From NCBI GenBank assembly GCA_000002435.2, contig CM018792.1: DNA of 64,000 nucleotides; one strand, given 5' to 3'. The notes under the pieces are model-generated. The model saw nothing but the letters and a program-made list of their open reading frames with translations, ran no database searches and had not been told where the DNA came from. A program made the position numbers and the translations under genes. Source of the stretch: Giardia intestinalis (taxonomy: Eukaryota). This document shows positions 1 to 9,559 of this stretch, piece after piece (the first letter of the stretch is position 1; each line of letters starts with the position of its first letter).

Positions 1-2055
1 TTGAACAGCTACATGAGAGGTCGTAAAATGAGATTGAAGCTCGTATATCGCCGGATAAATGCGGCTCGAAACATCATATCGAAAGACCTGAAGCTCTGTT
101 GATTTGTCATCCAGGTCTGCCCGTAGGTTCTCCAATTCAATATTAGAATTAGACTGATCTAGTTCTGCATAGTCTGCGTTGGGAGAAGAGTTGGTAGAAA
201 GGCGCCTAATTATGTTCCCCACATCATTATGCACCTGTTCACGTGCCAGCTGTTGAATCGTACTGTCTTTTTCTTTTTCTAATTCTTGAATGTAGTTCTG
301 GTTTTGCGTAATGGTCTTCCTAGCTTGATCCAACTCAGACCGCAGCTCTACTACGTTAGCGTCCACGGACTGCAGCAATGCTATCTTTTTATCAGCCTCG
401 TAAAGCTTTCTATTTAGTACAGCATTTTCTATTTCTAACTGAAGGCGTGAGTCGCGTTGGCTTTTTGCTGACCATGGTGTTGATTGAGCCACCAAACTCC
501 CGTCAACATGCAAGCTCGAGTGCTGTTGAGATGTCCGTTCGCTTAATTCTTTATAATTCTGGGAGTCACTAATGTTCTGTTTGCGCCCAGTTAGCTCTGA
601 AACGGTCATTGGTCTTGTTGGAGATTCAACAGATAGGCTCCCTGTGAGAACTGCCGACTTCGGTCTTCCAGAAACATTGTGAGATAGAGAGAAGTTGGAT
701 TTCCTTGAAAGTAAAGCGCTATCATCAAAACTTTCTTGCTGCGCTCCAGAAAGACGCATTACTGAAGATGTGTAACTGGCCTTTGCTGTTATTGCGTCTC
801 CCCGGCCAGTAGGTGTTGATATGGGGATTATTATCGGTTGCGTATAGGGTTCGGTTCCTTGGAAAGGAGGAGAGGAGCCTCGAGATATAAGCCCTAAGGG
901 TCTATTAGATCCTTTAAGCTGATGATCGGATGAACTACCATAGAGAGACGAATAAATTAGAGACCCATCAATTCGTCCGAGAGATCGAAGAGGGATGGGG
1001 AAGGCAGTGCCCTGACCCGGTTCATTACCTATAGTCTGGAGAAGTGAGACAACTTCTTGTCGCCCACATTGCTTAGCTATTGTCAAAGCAGTGGAGCCAA
1101 CTGGAAACTCGGCCGTTGCGGAAACCGTAGAGAAACTATTTTCATATGGAGCCAGAAGCTTACATATTTCTAAGTTACCAAGGCTTGCAGCAAGCATCAA
1201 GGATGTGATTCCAGACTGGGTTGTGCGACCAATTTCATAGCGCGATAGCATATCGCAAAGGGTGTAGTCTTCCATCTCGACCGCAAGCATAAGGGCTGTC
1301 TTCCCCGCTACAACTGTTCCATTATCTGTTTCATCATATGTGTGCTTATTTATCTCAGTAGTGGTTAGGTCAAGAAGATAGCGCACTGCATCTCGATGTC
1401 TAGCTGTGACCGCATACATAAGCGCCGTTTTCCCATAAGCATCCTGTGCCCCTTCTTGCGTCCGAATTAAGAGTTTGATGCAGCGTCCTAAATCGTGTCG
1501 CGCCAGAGTATCGCGACGGTGCATTACAAGATACATTAAGGGGGTGCGGTTATAATTATCTCTCGGGGCCACAGATGTGAGCAAGCCAGGGTCACTAGAA
1601 AACGCGGTGTTTAGTGCTCCAAAGTCAACATTGTACGCGGCAAGGAAAAGAGGGGTCCAGCCACTAAGCTCTGCCTCTCGGTCATAAAGAAGCTTTACAA
1701 TTTGATCATGCCCATGCGTAGCAGCAAGGAGAAGAGCAGTGGTGTTAGGTTTATAAGGAGAAACCGTAGTCAACGTCCTAAAGCCTGCCTCATGAGGAAA
1801 TAGGGTTTCCACAATATCTGTAAAGCCATTCTTCGCTGCACTCATAAGCGAAGTCCATCCCTCCGGAGTTGTCAGGCGCTTTTCATGGGATAGTAGAAGT
1901 TTGACGATACTGAGGTTATGTGTCTCTGCTGCCTTCATCATCGCTGTCTGATAAGGAGGGTTAGGTTCTGTACGCTTTGCATTGCTCAAATAGTTTCTAG
2001 CAATGAAACGTACATCTCCATTAGCGGCTGCGTTGAACCACGGGTCAACGTTCAT
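1..2055 (-). CDS. Ankyrin-repeat protein with C-terminal coiled coil (Giardia Protein 21.1 family); partial, N-terminal ~685 aa in window, C-terminus lies beyond the left edge
   Basis: The minus strand stays open from an ATG (rc of cat at ~2053-2055) down to position 1 with no stop codon. It is absent from the ORF track because no stop falls inside the window. Hand translation gives tandem ankyrin motifs (GWTSLMSAAKNGFTDIVETL, GKTALMYAVTARHRDAVRYLL, GKTALMLAVEMEDYTLCDML, TSLMLAASLGNLEICKLL). These are followed by heptad coiled-coil sequence (LQSVDANVVELRSELDQARKTITQNQNYIQELEKEKD). An A/T-rich stretch (tttgatttttgagtaaatag) lies directly upstream of the ATG. Confidence 0.65.
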   Translation of the reverse strand, partial: MNVDPWFNAAANGDVRFIARNYLSNAKRTEPNPPYQTAMMKAAETHNLSIVKLLLSHEKRLTTPEGWTSLMSAAKNGFTDIVETLFPHEAGFRTLTTVSPYKPNTTALLLAATHGHDQIVKLLYDREAELSGWTPLFLAAYNVDFGALNTAFSSDPGLLTSVAPRDNYNRTPLMYLVMHRRDTLARHDLGRCIKLLIRTQEGAQDAYGKTALMYAVTARHRDAVRYLLDLTTTEINKHTYDETDNGTVVAGKTALMLAVEMEDYTLCDMLSRYEIGRTTQSGITSLMLAASLGNLEICKLLAPYENSFSTVSATAEFPVGSTALTIAKQCGRQEVVSLLQTIGNEPGQGTAFPIPLRSLGRIDGSLIYSSLYGSSSDHQLKGSNRPLGLISRGSSPPFQGTEPYTQPIIIPISTPTGRGDAITAKASYTSSVMRLSGAQQESFDDSALLSRKSNFSLSHNVSGRPKSAVLTGSLSVESPTRPMTVSELTGRKQNISDSQNYKELSERTSQQHSSLHVDGSLVAQSTPWSAKSQRDSRLQLEIENAVLNRKLYEADKKIALLQSVDANVVELRSELDQARKTITQNQNYIQELEKEKDSTIQQLAREQVHNDVGNIIRRLSTNSSPNADYAELDQSNSNIELENLRADLDDKSTELQVFRYDVSSRIYPAIYELQSHFTTSHVAVQ

Positions 2056-2447
2056 TTTGATTTTTGAGTAAATAGAGCTTGCTTCTTACAGGAACAACTG
2101 GTACCACTACAACGCGCTACTTCACTCCTGTGGGTTTTCTTTGATATCGAGAGCAATATCTTGTGTGACAAATGCGTCACAAGCTGTTGGACCAGTGCTC
2201 TGAGTAATCTGAGAAATAGACCAAGAGATCGTTCATGATTCCTTAAAGACCTCTTTCTAGTTAAAGTAAATAACATATTTACGGAGATTGATGTTCTAAG
2301 GTACATGTGGAAATACATCATCATCTAAAAGCAACCAGTATTCCTGCCTGCCTCAAAGATCCACTGTGTGTTATACACCAGAGTAGTGGGTCTTACGCGG
2401 TGCATATTAGAGCGTCGTAGATAAACACATTAAGTTATTAAAAAATA

Positions 2448-5400
2448 ATGCGGTTATTCAGTCTGCAGGAATGTGGACACCTGGCCTGGTCCCCTGTTAG
2501 CATGCAGTTTGCCTTGGCTACGTCAAGTGCAAACATAACTGAGACATTTGTCAGTGAGACTTCGCTCTCTGTTTATTCTTTGGACATTGACTCCGTTACG
2601 CCTGTCCGTGAGTTCAGCTGGCCGTTTGCGGCAGAATTCACATGTCTCCTCTGGAGCACAAGCGATAGTATTATAGCAGGATTCGAGGATGGATCTCTTT
2701 CTATAGGTCCATGGAATGATATGGGAAATGCAATACGCCTGCAAGCACACAATGCAGCTTTGTCGGCTCTTTCATGTTCAGAGGCATATTCACTCCCCCT
2801 CCTAGCAACGGGGTCTGCCACAGGCGAAGTATCATTTTGGGATCTCAATACTCGCGCCCTTTGGCATGCAGTCAAGAGCCGTGAAGGGGCTGCAGCACAC
2901 CATGGTGCGATTGTGCAAATCAGTTGGAACCCTAAAGTGCCAAGAATATGCTGCACTGCTTCTCAGGATGGCACTGTCAGCATATGGGACATGGACAAAA
3001 AGGGTGGTCTTATGAGCCTTCGTGGAGATGACACGCCTCTTGTTTCAGCTCTCTTTAGTCCCGATGTGGCGACTGTTGTGTTTACTGTCAACACTGCGGG
3101 CCTGGTTTCCATGTGGGACTTACGGCAAAAGACACATCCTGTCTCAACCAGCCGTCTTCAGTTACCAGCTAATGTAGTCCCTGAATCCATGTTTATCCAT
3201 CAATACGAAAAAACCTTCCTTTATATTCCGACCAGTGATGGGAAGTGCTTTTTCTTTCTTCCTAAGCAGACAGACCTGGTCTTCATGGGTTCGATCGATA
3301 GCATTGGTACACATATTAATGCGTCGCCTTTTTATCCTGGCTATTTCCTCTCGCAAGTGTGCGATCCGGTGCAATTTTCTTCAAAAACAGAAGGGCATTT
3401 CCTTCCTTCTCTGATTCCGTTACCTCTGCTTTCCGAGCATGTAGAATTGTTACCTTCACCTGTTCTTCTCCACCCTCTTTTTTTGTTTGCGGAAAACTGT
3501 CCCGAAGACATTTCGGACAACTATGATTTTGCTCCGCGTGCAATAGTAAGCATTGATTCCCATAATGTTATGATAGATGGAAAACAGCGACAGAGCATGG
3601 AGGGGCTGTTTTCGCTGACACAAGTTCGCGACGCGGGAGCTGTGCTGTCTCAAATAGAGCACGTGCTTGCTGTTCCTATTGATGCCCATTCTTGCCCTTT
3701 GCCGTTGCACACTGATCTCTCTCTTCAACCACCAGACAAGATCTTTCGTGCTCTTCTATCCGCTGGATCGTCTGGAATTTTGTCTTGGCTTACCAGTACC
3801 GAGGCCTCTTCAAAGATAAATTTTGTTAAGCAAGTTGTGGCACACCCCGCGTCACAGCCTGTGGTAGCTTCTGATGGAAGAGACTTCTTTGATGATATCC
3901 AGAATTCCTTCCCCGACTCCTTTCCCGAGAATGAAATTCTCGAACCTTCTGTTTCTGCATCCGATAGGTTTTCGTCGTATTATTCATTTTTGTATAACAA
4001 CGATCTGGAGTCTGCGGCAGCTTATGCAGCCAACAGTGGAGATTTTGGGTTAGCCTTCTACATTGCTTCCAAGAAAAGTAATAAGGAGCTCCTAAACTCT
4101 GTGTCAGACTCTTTTAGGAAAGCAATGAAATCCAACTTCATAAAGGCTGTTGATAGCATGGAGACAGGTTATGCAGCTATCATAGAGTGTCTTCCGCCAG
4201 AAAACTGGTTCTATCATCTAAAAATTGCTGCCTCATATGGTGGCGAACAGGCAATACGAGAAGTCGCTGCAACTCTCTTGCAGAGGTCTACTAGCTTTTC
4301 GCCATCTTTATTGACCGCATTAACAATATTGGCGGGACGCATTCCAGAAGCCTTTGAGTTGGCTGCGTCGACATCAAGCCTTTTAGATACACTAGTTATG
4401 GGTCTCCTCTGTGTGTCGCAGGGAGTGTCGATGACGGGTGGCGGTGTCTTTAGAATCCTGGAGGGGCTAGTCGATATTGTTGTTTCACAAGGTGATGAGA
4501 ATCTTGCAGCAACGCTTCGTGGTAAGTTTTCTCTTAACAAGTCAAATCTAACGCCTCAAAGTGCCCCATTTGTGGAAAAAATCCAGGAGAAGGGGGCTCC
4601 TCTGAGTTCTACAACACATACAAAACAAGGGCGTCGTAGTCGAGCTTCTACTATACCACAAGTAACTGGTAATACCCTACTACCTCCACAACTTGCTACT
4701 GCGTCTCTGTTTTCTGGGCCTGCTCCACCTGCGCCAATTACGGCATCTATCGCCCCAGGAATGTCATCAACTCAAACTTCGGTACCGTTAGCAGTGCCCC
4801 CTATGTCTTATACTACTCCGGCTCAAACCGCTTCTTCTTTCCCTGCTGTTCCTCAAATTGCTTTGAATTCAGCTATTACACCACCGATACCTCATATACC
4901 AATGGCACAACCATCTGTTCAACCTCAGTCAGCTGTTTTACCTCTCGAAAGCCCGCAGACTCCCATCTTGTCAATAGCTCAACCGCCTTCAGTGATATCA
5001 GCCCCTTCCGTTAGACTACCACAGGCAGAGGTACCACTTGCTGCTCCTCCGTCTATTACAGCTCCTGCGCCCCCAACAGTTAATGGAGCAATTTCTACAG
5101 AAGTTGTGCAAGTAACTACAACAACAGCGCCACAGGCCCGAGCGCCACGTCGTCAACCAACTCAGTCATTATCGGCGGGCCAACCTTATGATGTAATTCA
5201 TAATATCGCGACAAACGGATCAGCAAATGCAGAGAGATTTAAGGCACTTGTTTTACGCTATGCTGATGTTGATCAATTGGGATTTTTGAAATATTACACG
5301 AAGCTAGGCGATTGTATTATTCATCTTGCAGAGCAAGGGGTGCTTTCAGCAGACACTATTAGTGTCCTTGGACGGTACATTGCTGGACTGGAAATGGGAA

Positions 5401-5522
5401 ATGGACAGGCTGCAACGGAGGCTATAAAAGGTATGGCAGCGCGCAAGCAGCGTCTCTACACTGAAGAGCTTTCTACGTGGGCCGCACCGCTGAAGATCAT
5501 GGCGCGGGCGCTCTGCAAGTAA
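2448..5522 (+). CDS. SEC31: Sec31-like COPII outer-coat protein (N-terminal WD40 propeller, helical region, Pro-rich segment, conserved C-terminus)
   Basis: 1024-aa ORF. The ATG sits behind the A/T-rich initiator ttaagttattaaaaaataATG. The N-terminus aligns by eye with Sec31 (MRLFSLQECGHLAWSPV..ATSS..TF..SLSVYSLD against human MKLKEVDRTAMQAWSP..ATGTS..ATF..SLEIFELD). WD signatures are present (SFWDL, SIWDM, SMWDL). A Pro/Ser/Thr/Ala-rich low-complexity block at aa ~745-890 matches the Sec31 Sec23/24-binding region. The stop TAA is embedded in AGTAAAC. Confidence 0.7.
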   Translation: MRLFSLQECGHLAWSPVSMQFALATSSANITETFVSETSLSVYSLDIDSVTPVREFSWPFAAEFTCLLWSTSDSIIAGFEDGSLSIGPWNDMGNAIRLQAHNAALSALSCSEAYSLPLLATGSATGEVSFWDLNTRALWHAVKSREGAAAHHGAIVQISWNPKVPRICCTASQDGTVSIWDMDKKGGLMSLRGDDTPLVSALFSPDVATVVFTVNTAGLVSMWDLRQKTHPVSTSRLQLPANVVPESMFIHQYEKTFLYIPTSDGKCFFFLPKQTDLVFMGSIDSIGTHINASPFYPGYFLSQVCDPVQFSSKTEGHFLPSLIPLPLLSEHVELLPSPVLLHPLFLFAENCPEDISDNYDFAPRAIVSIDSHNVMIDGKQRQSMEGLFSLTQVRDAGAVLSQIEHVLAVPIDAHSCPLPLHTDLSLQPPDKIFRALLSAGSSGILSWLTSTEASSKINFVKQVVAHPASQPVVASDGRDFFDDIQNSFPDSFPENEILEPSVSASDRFSSYYSFLYNNDLESAAAYAANSGDFGLAFYIASKKSNKELLNSVSDSFRKAMKSNFIKAVDSMETGYAAIIECLPPENWFYHLKIAASYGGEQAIREVAATLLQRSTSFSPSLLTALTILAGRIPEAFELAASTSSLLDTLVMGLLCVSQGVSMTGGGVFRILEGLVDIVVSQGDENLAATLRGKFSLNKSNLTPQSAPFVEKIQEKGAPLSSTTHTKQGRRSRASTIPQVTGNTLLPPQLATASLFSGPAPPAPITASIAPGMSSTQTSVPLAVPPMSYTTPAQTASSFPAVPQIALNSAITPPIPHIPMAQPSVQPQSAVLPLESPQTPILSIAQPPSVISAPSVRLPQAEVPLAAPPSITAPAPPTVNGAISTEVVQVTTTTAPQARAPRRQPTQSLSAGQPYDVIHNIATNGSANAERFKALVLRYADVDQLGFLKYYTKLGDCIIHLAEQGVLSADTISVLGRYIAGLEMGNGQAATEAIKGMAARKQRLYTEELSTWAAPLKIMARALCK

Positions 5523-5531
5523 ACCCATAAA

Positions 5532-5981
5532 ATGGCCGGGTCTCTGCTTCCCCGCAACTTCGGCGTCGCCGAGAACGGCGCGCGGGTGGTCGACTTCAGC
5601 TCGCAGTACCACCACAACTCGGGGGTCCAGAACCTTGTGCGCCAGGATCCCTCGGTCTGCTGGTTCACGTCGGTCTACGCGCCCCTCCCCCAGCACGTCG
5701 TCATCGACATGGGCCAGCCGGTCTGCCTCACGCGCGTGGGCATCTTCCTCCACGGTGAAAACAGCCAGAACCCCCGGCGCGTCTCCTTTGCGTGCGGGGC
5801 CGACCCTGCCTGCCCCGAGCCCCTCGCCGAGATGGACCTCCCGCACCGGGGCGGAGACCACCTGTGCACCCTTCCGTCCCCCCGCGTGGCGCGCTTCGTG
5901 CGCTACACGATCCTCGAGAACTTCGGGGGCTCGGGCGCCTACACGACCGGACTCCAGCTCTACGGGGTCCCCGCCCAGTAA
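5532..5981 (+). CDS. Small (149 aa) galactose-binding-like / F5-8 type C-like single-domain protein, possibly IFT25 (HSPB11)-like
   Basis: The ORF starts 9 nt after the Sec31 stop. It is non-repetitive despite the G+C-rich context. The pattern SSQYHHNSGVQNLV..DPSVCWFTS..PQHVVIDMGQPVCLTRVGIF resembles IFT25 (TSSDEKHPPENIIDGNPETFWTTTGMFPQEFIICF). The stop TAA lies within AGTAAAC. The function call is tentative. Confidence 0.5.
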   Translation: MAGSLLPRNFGVAENGARVVDFSSQYHHNSGVQNLVRQDPSVCWFTSVYAPLPQHVVIDMGQPVCLTRVGIFLHGENSQNPRRVSFACGADPACPEPLAEMDLPHRGGDHLCTLPSPRVARFVRYTILENFGGSGAYTTGLQLYGVPAQ

Positions 5982-5992
5982 ACGACGGTTTA

Positions 5993-8212
5993 CTACAGGT
6001 AGCTGAACCTCGCCGGCCCTGCGTGGGCCTCGCGGTCCAGCTCTCCGAGCCCCAGGTCTCCCCCGACCGCCGACCGCCCGAGGGAGCCGCTGCGGATGAG
6101 GTTCGACATCTCGTCGATGAGGTCTGGCATCGCAAAGTGCTGGGAGCCCCGCGGGCCTGCGTCGCCGTCCTCAAGCGCCTTACTGGACTCGGTGGCCTTC
6201 TTGAGCGTGTCGCTCAGACGCTTGTTGCAGATCCACATGTCGTCGATCAACATCGAAATCACGGAGTTGGCCTCGGTCACCTTGCGCGACTTGTCGAAGA
6301 GCCGCTCGCGCAGGGCCTCGACTTCTGCGCGAAGGTCTGCGTAGCGCTCGACCGTGATGCCCTCGGCCTCGAACTGCTCCATCGCCTCCTGCATCCCGAG
6401 AAGGTTGCGCTGCATCTCCTCCATCTCCTCGAGGAGCTTCTTTGCGTCCTCGTGCTCTGCGCTCAGGGCGTCGAGCTCGCGGCGCGTCTCGTCCAGCTCG
6501 CGCGCCGCGTTGCCTCCCGCGGCTTCGGCCCGGGCCAGCTCTCCCTCGAGCTCTTTGACGCGCTCCTGGGCCGTTATCAGCTGCCCCAGGACGGAGTCGT
6601 CGCTGTTCTGGAGGTCTGTGATGTGCTTCTCGAGCTCGCGGACGTGTGCATTCATGAGCTCGACCTCGCCCCGCGCGGCCTCGACTTCCTGGCGGGCGGC
6701 GGCCTTGACCTCCTCGACCTCCTCCTCCATCGCCTGGGTGTCGCGGACCTTCTCTGCATACCTCGCCTCTGCGGCGGCAACCTTCTTCTCGAGCTCGGAC
6801 ATGTCGTACAGATGGCCCTTCATCTCGCGAATCGCCGCCGCCTGCTCGTCCACCTTTGCACGAAGGTCATCGCGCTCCTGAGCCACGACCTGGAGCTCGA
6901 CCCGGAGCTTCTCAAGCTCGCGGATCGCATCTCCCTGGGAGAGGATGTCCTCGATCGCCTGGAAGAAGCTGTCCGAGTCACGCACGCCGAGGAGATCTGC
7001 AAGGCGCTGGATCGCCTCGGTAAGGGGCTTGTCGGTGACCAGGTTGAACTCCTCGCTCCGGCTGTCGAGGATGAGGGCGGTGACGATGCACGGCTCGACC
7101 TCGTCCTCGTAGACCTGCAGAATCTCCTGGCATTGCCGGTGGCCGTGCTGGACGGCGATGTCGTATGCAGACTGGCCTGCATCGTTCCGGAGCCCGTGCT
7201 CGAGGGGAGCGAGGAGCCCGACGATAGGCGCGTGGCCGGCCAGGGCTGCGTGCTGGAGCGCAGTGGCCTTCCCGGGGGAGTGGCCGAGAGGCGCCGTGCT
7301 CTGGAGGTTGGCCTCGAAGGGCGCGAGGGCCCCGACGATCTCGAGGAAGCCCCGGTGTGCGGCGAACATCATCGCAGTTGTTCCGGTCTTGTTGGGCTGG
7401 GCATTTTCGGCGTCGATGAGGTGCTTCACGCACGCGAGGTGGCCTGCGTCTGCTGCGAGGATCAGGGCGGTCGAGCCCTCGTGGTCGCCGCAGCTCGGGT
7501 TGTCGGGGATCGCCGCGCCGACGTCCTCGGGCGTCCTTTCAATCAGCACTCGGACGGCGTCTGCGCGCCCGAACTCTGCGGCAAGCATGAGGGGCGTCTT
7601 CCCCGACGCATCCCGTGTTCCGCGGTAGAGGTCGGCGAGGAGCGTTACCGAGACGGTGGGGTCTCGCGGAGAGAGGGCGGCATAGTGGAGGGGTGTGCGG
7701 CCCAGGCAGTCCCGGGTCTGGGCGCCTGCGGCCACGTGGGCCCTCAGGGCCGGCTCGTTCAGATCGAGGGCGGCGAGAAGGGGCTCGGCGAGGTACGGCC
7801 GCTCCTGGTCGAACGCCAGGAGTGCCTTCGTGGTCGAGAGGTGGCCGCGGGAGGCGGCGATCTCAATGGCCGTCGCACCAGCTGGGTACCCGAAGGCCGC
7901 GGCGGAAAGCTGCCTCCCAGCCTGGTAGGGCGCGAGGGCTGAGACCGCCGCATCGTGGCCGTGCATGGCCGCCGACATGAGGGCGGTCCAGCCTGTGTCG
8001 CTCCGGATGTCCTTCTCGTACGGGAGAAGGTACTTGACCGTGCCTGTGTGGCCGCCCTGGGCTGCAAGGTGTAGCGCCGTGAGCCCGGGCCCGTCCGGGA
8101 GCACGGCCCCCTGGTACTGCTTGCAATGGACAACGGTGAACTTGATCTCTCCGGACCGCGCCGCCTCAAACCAGGCGTCGAGGTTTCGCTTGTATTGCGA
8201 GTCGTCGGGCAT
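5993..8212 (-). CDS. Ankyrin-repeat + coiled-coil protein (Giardia Protein 21.1 family)
   Basis: The ORF-track start at 8242 is GTG. The first ATG lies 10 codons in (MPDDSQYKRNLDAWFEAARSGEIKF). At least 8 ankyrin repeats are visible (TALHLAAQGGHTGTVKYLL, TALMSAAMHGHDAAVSAL, TPLHYAALSPRD, TPLMLAAEFGRADAVRVLI, TALILAADAGHLACVKHLI, TAMMFAAHRGFLEIVGAL, TALQHAALAGHAPIVGLL). A ~300-aa Glu/Ala/Arg-rich coiled-coil tail follows. Confidence 0.8.
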   Translation of the reverse strand: MPDDSQYKRNLDAWFEAARSGEIKFTVVHCKQYQGAVLPDGPGLTALHLAAQGGHTGTVKYLLPYEKDIRSDTGWTALMSAAMHGHDAAVSALAPYQAGRQLSAAAFGYPAGATAIEIAASRGHLSTTKALLAFDQERPYLAEPLLAALDLNEPALRAHVAAGAQTRDCLGRTPLHYAALSPRDPTVSVTLLADLYRGTRDASGKTPLMLAAEFGRADAVRVLIERTPEDVGAAIPDNPSCGDHEGSTALILAADAGHLACVKHLIDAENAQPNKTGTTAMMFAAHRGFLEIVGALAPFEANLQSTAPLGHSPGKATALQHAALAGHAPIVGLLAPLEHGLRNDAGQSAYDIAVQHGHRQCQEILQVYEDEVEPCIVTALILDSRSEEFNLVTDKPLTEAIQRLADLLGVRDSDSFFQAIEDILSQGDAIRELEKLRVELQVVAQERDDLRAKVDEQAAAIREMKGHLYDMSELEKKVAAAEARYAEKVRDTQAMEEEVEEVKAAARQEVEAARGEVELMNAHVRELEKHITDLQNSDDSVLGQLITAQERVKELEGELARAEAAGGNAARELDETRRELDALSAEHEDAKKLLEEMEEMQRNLLGMQEAMEQFEAEGITVERYADLRAEVEALRERLFDKSRKVTEANSVISMLIDDMWICNKRLSDTLKKATESSKALEDGDAGPRGSQHFAMPDLIDEMSNLIRSGSLGRSAVGGDLGLGELDREAHAGPARFSYL

Positions 8213-8266
8213 CCAGGAATTTTGTGTTGGCTGCAATTTCACATGAACTTGCGATCGGAATTTACA

Positions 8267-9559
8267 ATGGACCCCGAGAGCACCCTGCTTGGCGCGGCAA
8301 TCCAGGAGCTCTGGGCCATCAGCCGCCGCCTCGACGAGCTCTCGGCTCGGAAGGCGCCTCTAATGACCGCGATTGCGGTGCGCGAACAGAGGCTCGCCGC
8401 CCTCGAGGTCGCTCTCGGGGCCCCCACGCCCCGTCACAGAGCAGCCCTTGTGACGCGCAGCAGCGCCGTGTCTCTTGAGCAGGCGACTGCAGCCCAGATC
8501 TACGCGGGCCAGCCGCCCCTTCTCTACCTCCAGGACCGCGAGTCGCACATAGGCTCAACTCGCATGGCCCCGCTCCCTACAGACCCGTGCGCCGCCTTCG
8601 CGAGCGAGGAGGCCTCCAGCTTCGTCGGCTTCGAGCCGGCCTATCCAACGAACATCGCAGGGATCGGCGGGGTCCTGGGGCCCCGCTCGGGCATTCCCCT
8701 ACGCCTCCGCCCCGTGAAGAACCGCTTTCGCGCAAACGACGACCTTGTCAAGGGCCTTCGGACGCTTTCGCCCGCAGACGCACAGGGCGCGCCCTACTTT
8801 TCCCGCCCAGTTGTCTCCCCGGACGACGAGCACGACGACGTGACGCACCTCCAGGCGGTCCAGAACGTCGGGCTCTACGCCGCAGCGCCCCTGCTCCCGC
8901 TGGCATCGGCGCCTGTCGGGCCTTCGAGGACACACGCCCGTCAGCGGCAGTTCAGCGTCGTTGGGGTCAGCAAGGCGGTCGAGGAGGCCTTCGAGTTTGC
9001 AAACATCGAGCGCCTGGTGGCAGACCTCAACGACGACGGGGTGCCGTCTGCGGTTGAGCCCTCCTCGGCCGCGCCTGTGCTTCCTCGGGCCCGCGGGTCG
9101 CTTGCGGGCAGAGGTGGGCGTGCGCCGGGGATCTGCCGCCTCTCCACGCACCGCGGAGTGCCCAGCCGCCCGGCCTCTGGGGGCTCTGCATTCGACGAGA
9201 CCCGTCGCATCGTCGGCGAGATGATGGCCGGCAGCGCCGCCCCCACGCTCGACCGTCTGCGCCGCGCATTTGCAGACCGAAACCTCCGACTGCGACGAGC
9301 GCTCGCCGCGCGCCTCGAGACCCAGGTGCTCTGCCTCCGCTGGCAGCGTCTGGAACGGCCCCTGAGTCGCCCGGTAGACAAGACCCTCGACCTCCTTTGC
9401 AAGCACCGGCTCAACAGCCTACCCGGCTTTGCCACGAGTAGTTTGCGCCTGATGAACCGAAGCAGGCGCCACGGAGTTGCGTGGGAGGGGTTTACACCGG
9501 TCACAGGCTCCTCCCCCGGCCCCGGAACTCCTCGGCAGGAGGCGGAAGTGTCTCTGTAG
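8267..9559 (+). CDS. Hypothetical protein (430 aa, G+C-rich, no recognised domain)
   Basis: In the ORF-track frame 8126-9559 I take the start as the ATG at 8267 (MDPESTLLGAAIQELW). It is preceded by aatttacaATG. The upstream in-frame part would overlap the divergent ankyrin gene. The sequence is non-repetitive, but the product is unassigned. Confidence 0.5.
   Translation: MDPESTLLGAAIQELWAISRRLDELSARKAPLMTAIAVREQRLAALEVALGAPTPRHRAALVTRSSAVSLEQATAAQIYAGQPPLLYLQDRESHIGSTRMAPLPTDPCAAFASEEASSFVGFEPAYPTNIAGIGGVLGPRSGIPLRLRPVKNRFRANDDLVKGLRTLSPADAQGAPYFSRPVVSPDDEHDDVTHLQAVQNVGLYAAAPLLPLASAPVGPSRTHARQRQFSVVGVSKAVEEAFEFANIERLVADLNDDGVPSAVEPSSAAPVLPRARGSLAGRGGRAPGICRLSTHRGVPSRPASGGSAFDETRRIVGEMMAGSAAPTLDRLRRAFADRNLRLRRALAARLETQVLCLRWQRLERPLSRPVDKTLDLLCKHRLNSLPGFATSSLRLMNRSRRHGVAWEGFTPVTGSSPGPGTPRQEAEVSL

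Noticed and set aside
2052-2324. 90-aa minus ORF in the Sec31 / ankyrin divergent spacer
   Set aside because: It is basic low-complexity and abuts the ankyrin ATG. No support, so likely chance.
5792-7942. 716-aa plus-strand ORF (Leu/Arg/Gly/Val-rich)
   Set aside because: It is entirely antisense to the ankyrin 21.1 gene. It is low-complexity and opens only because G+C-rich DNA lacks stop codons.
8126-8266. Upstream in-frame extension of the 8267 gene
   Set aside because: It would overlap the divergent ankyrin gene start. The ATG at 8267 has the A/T-rich context.
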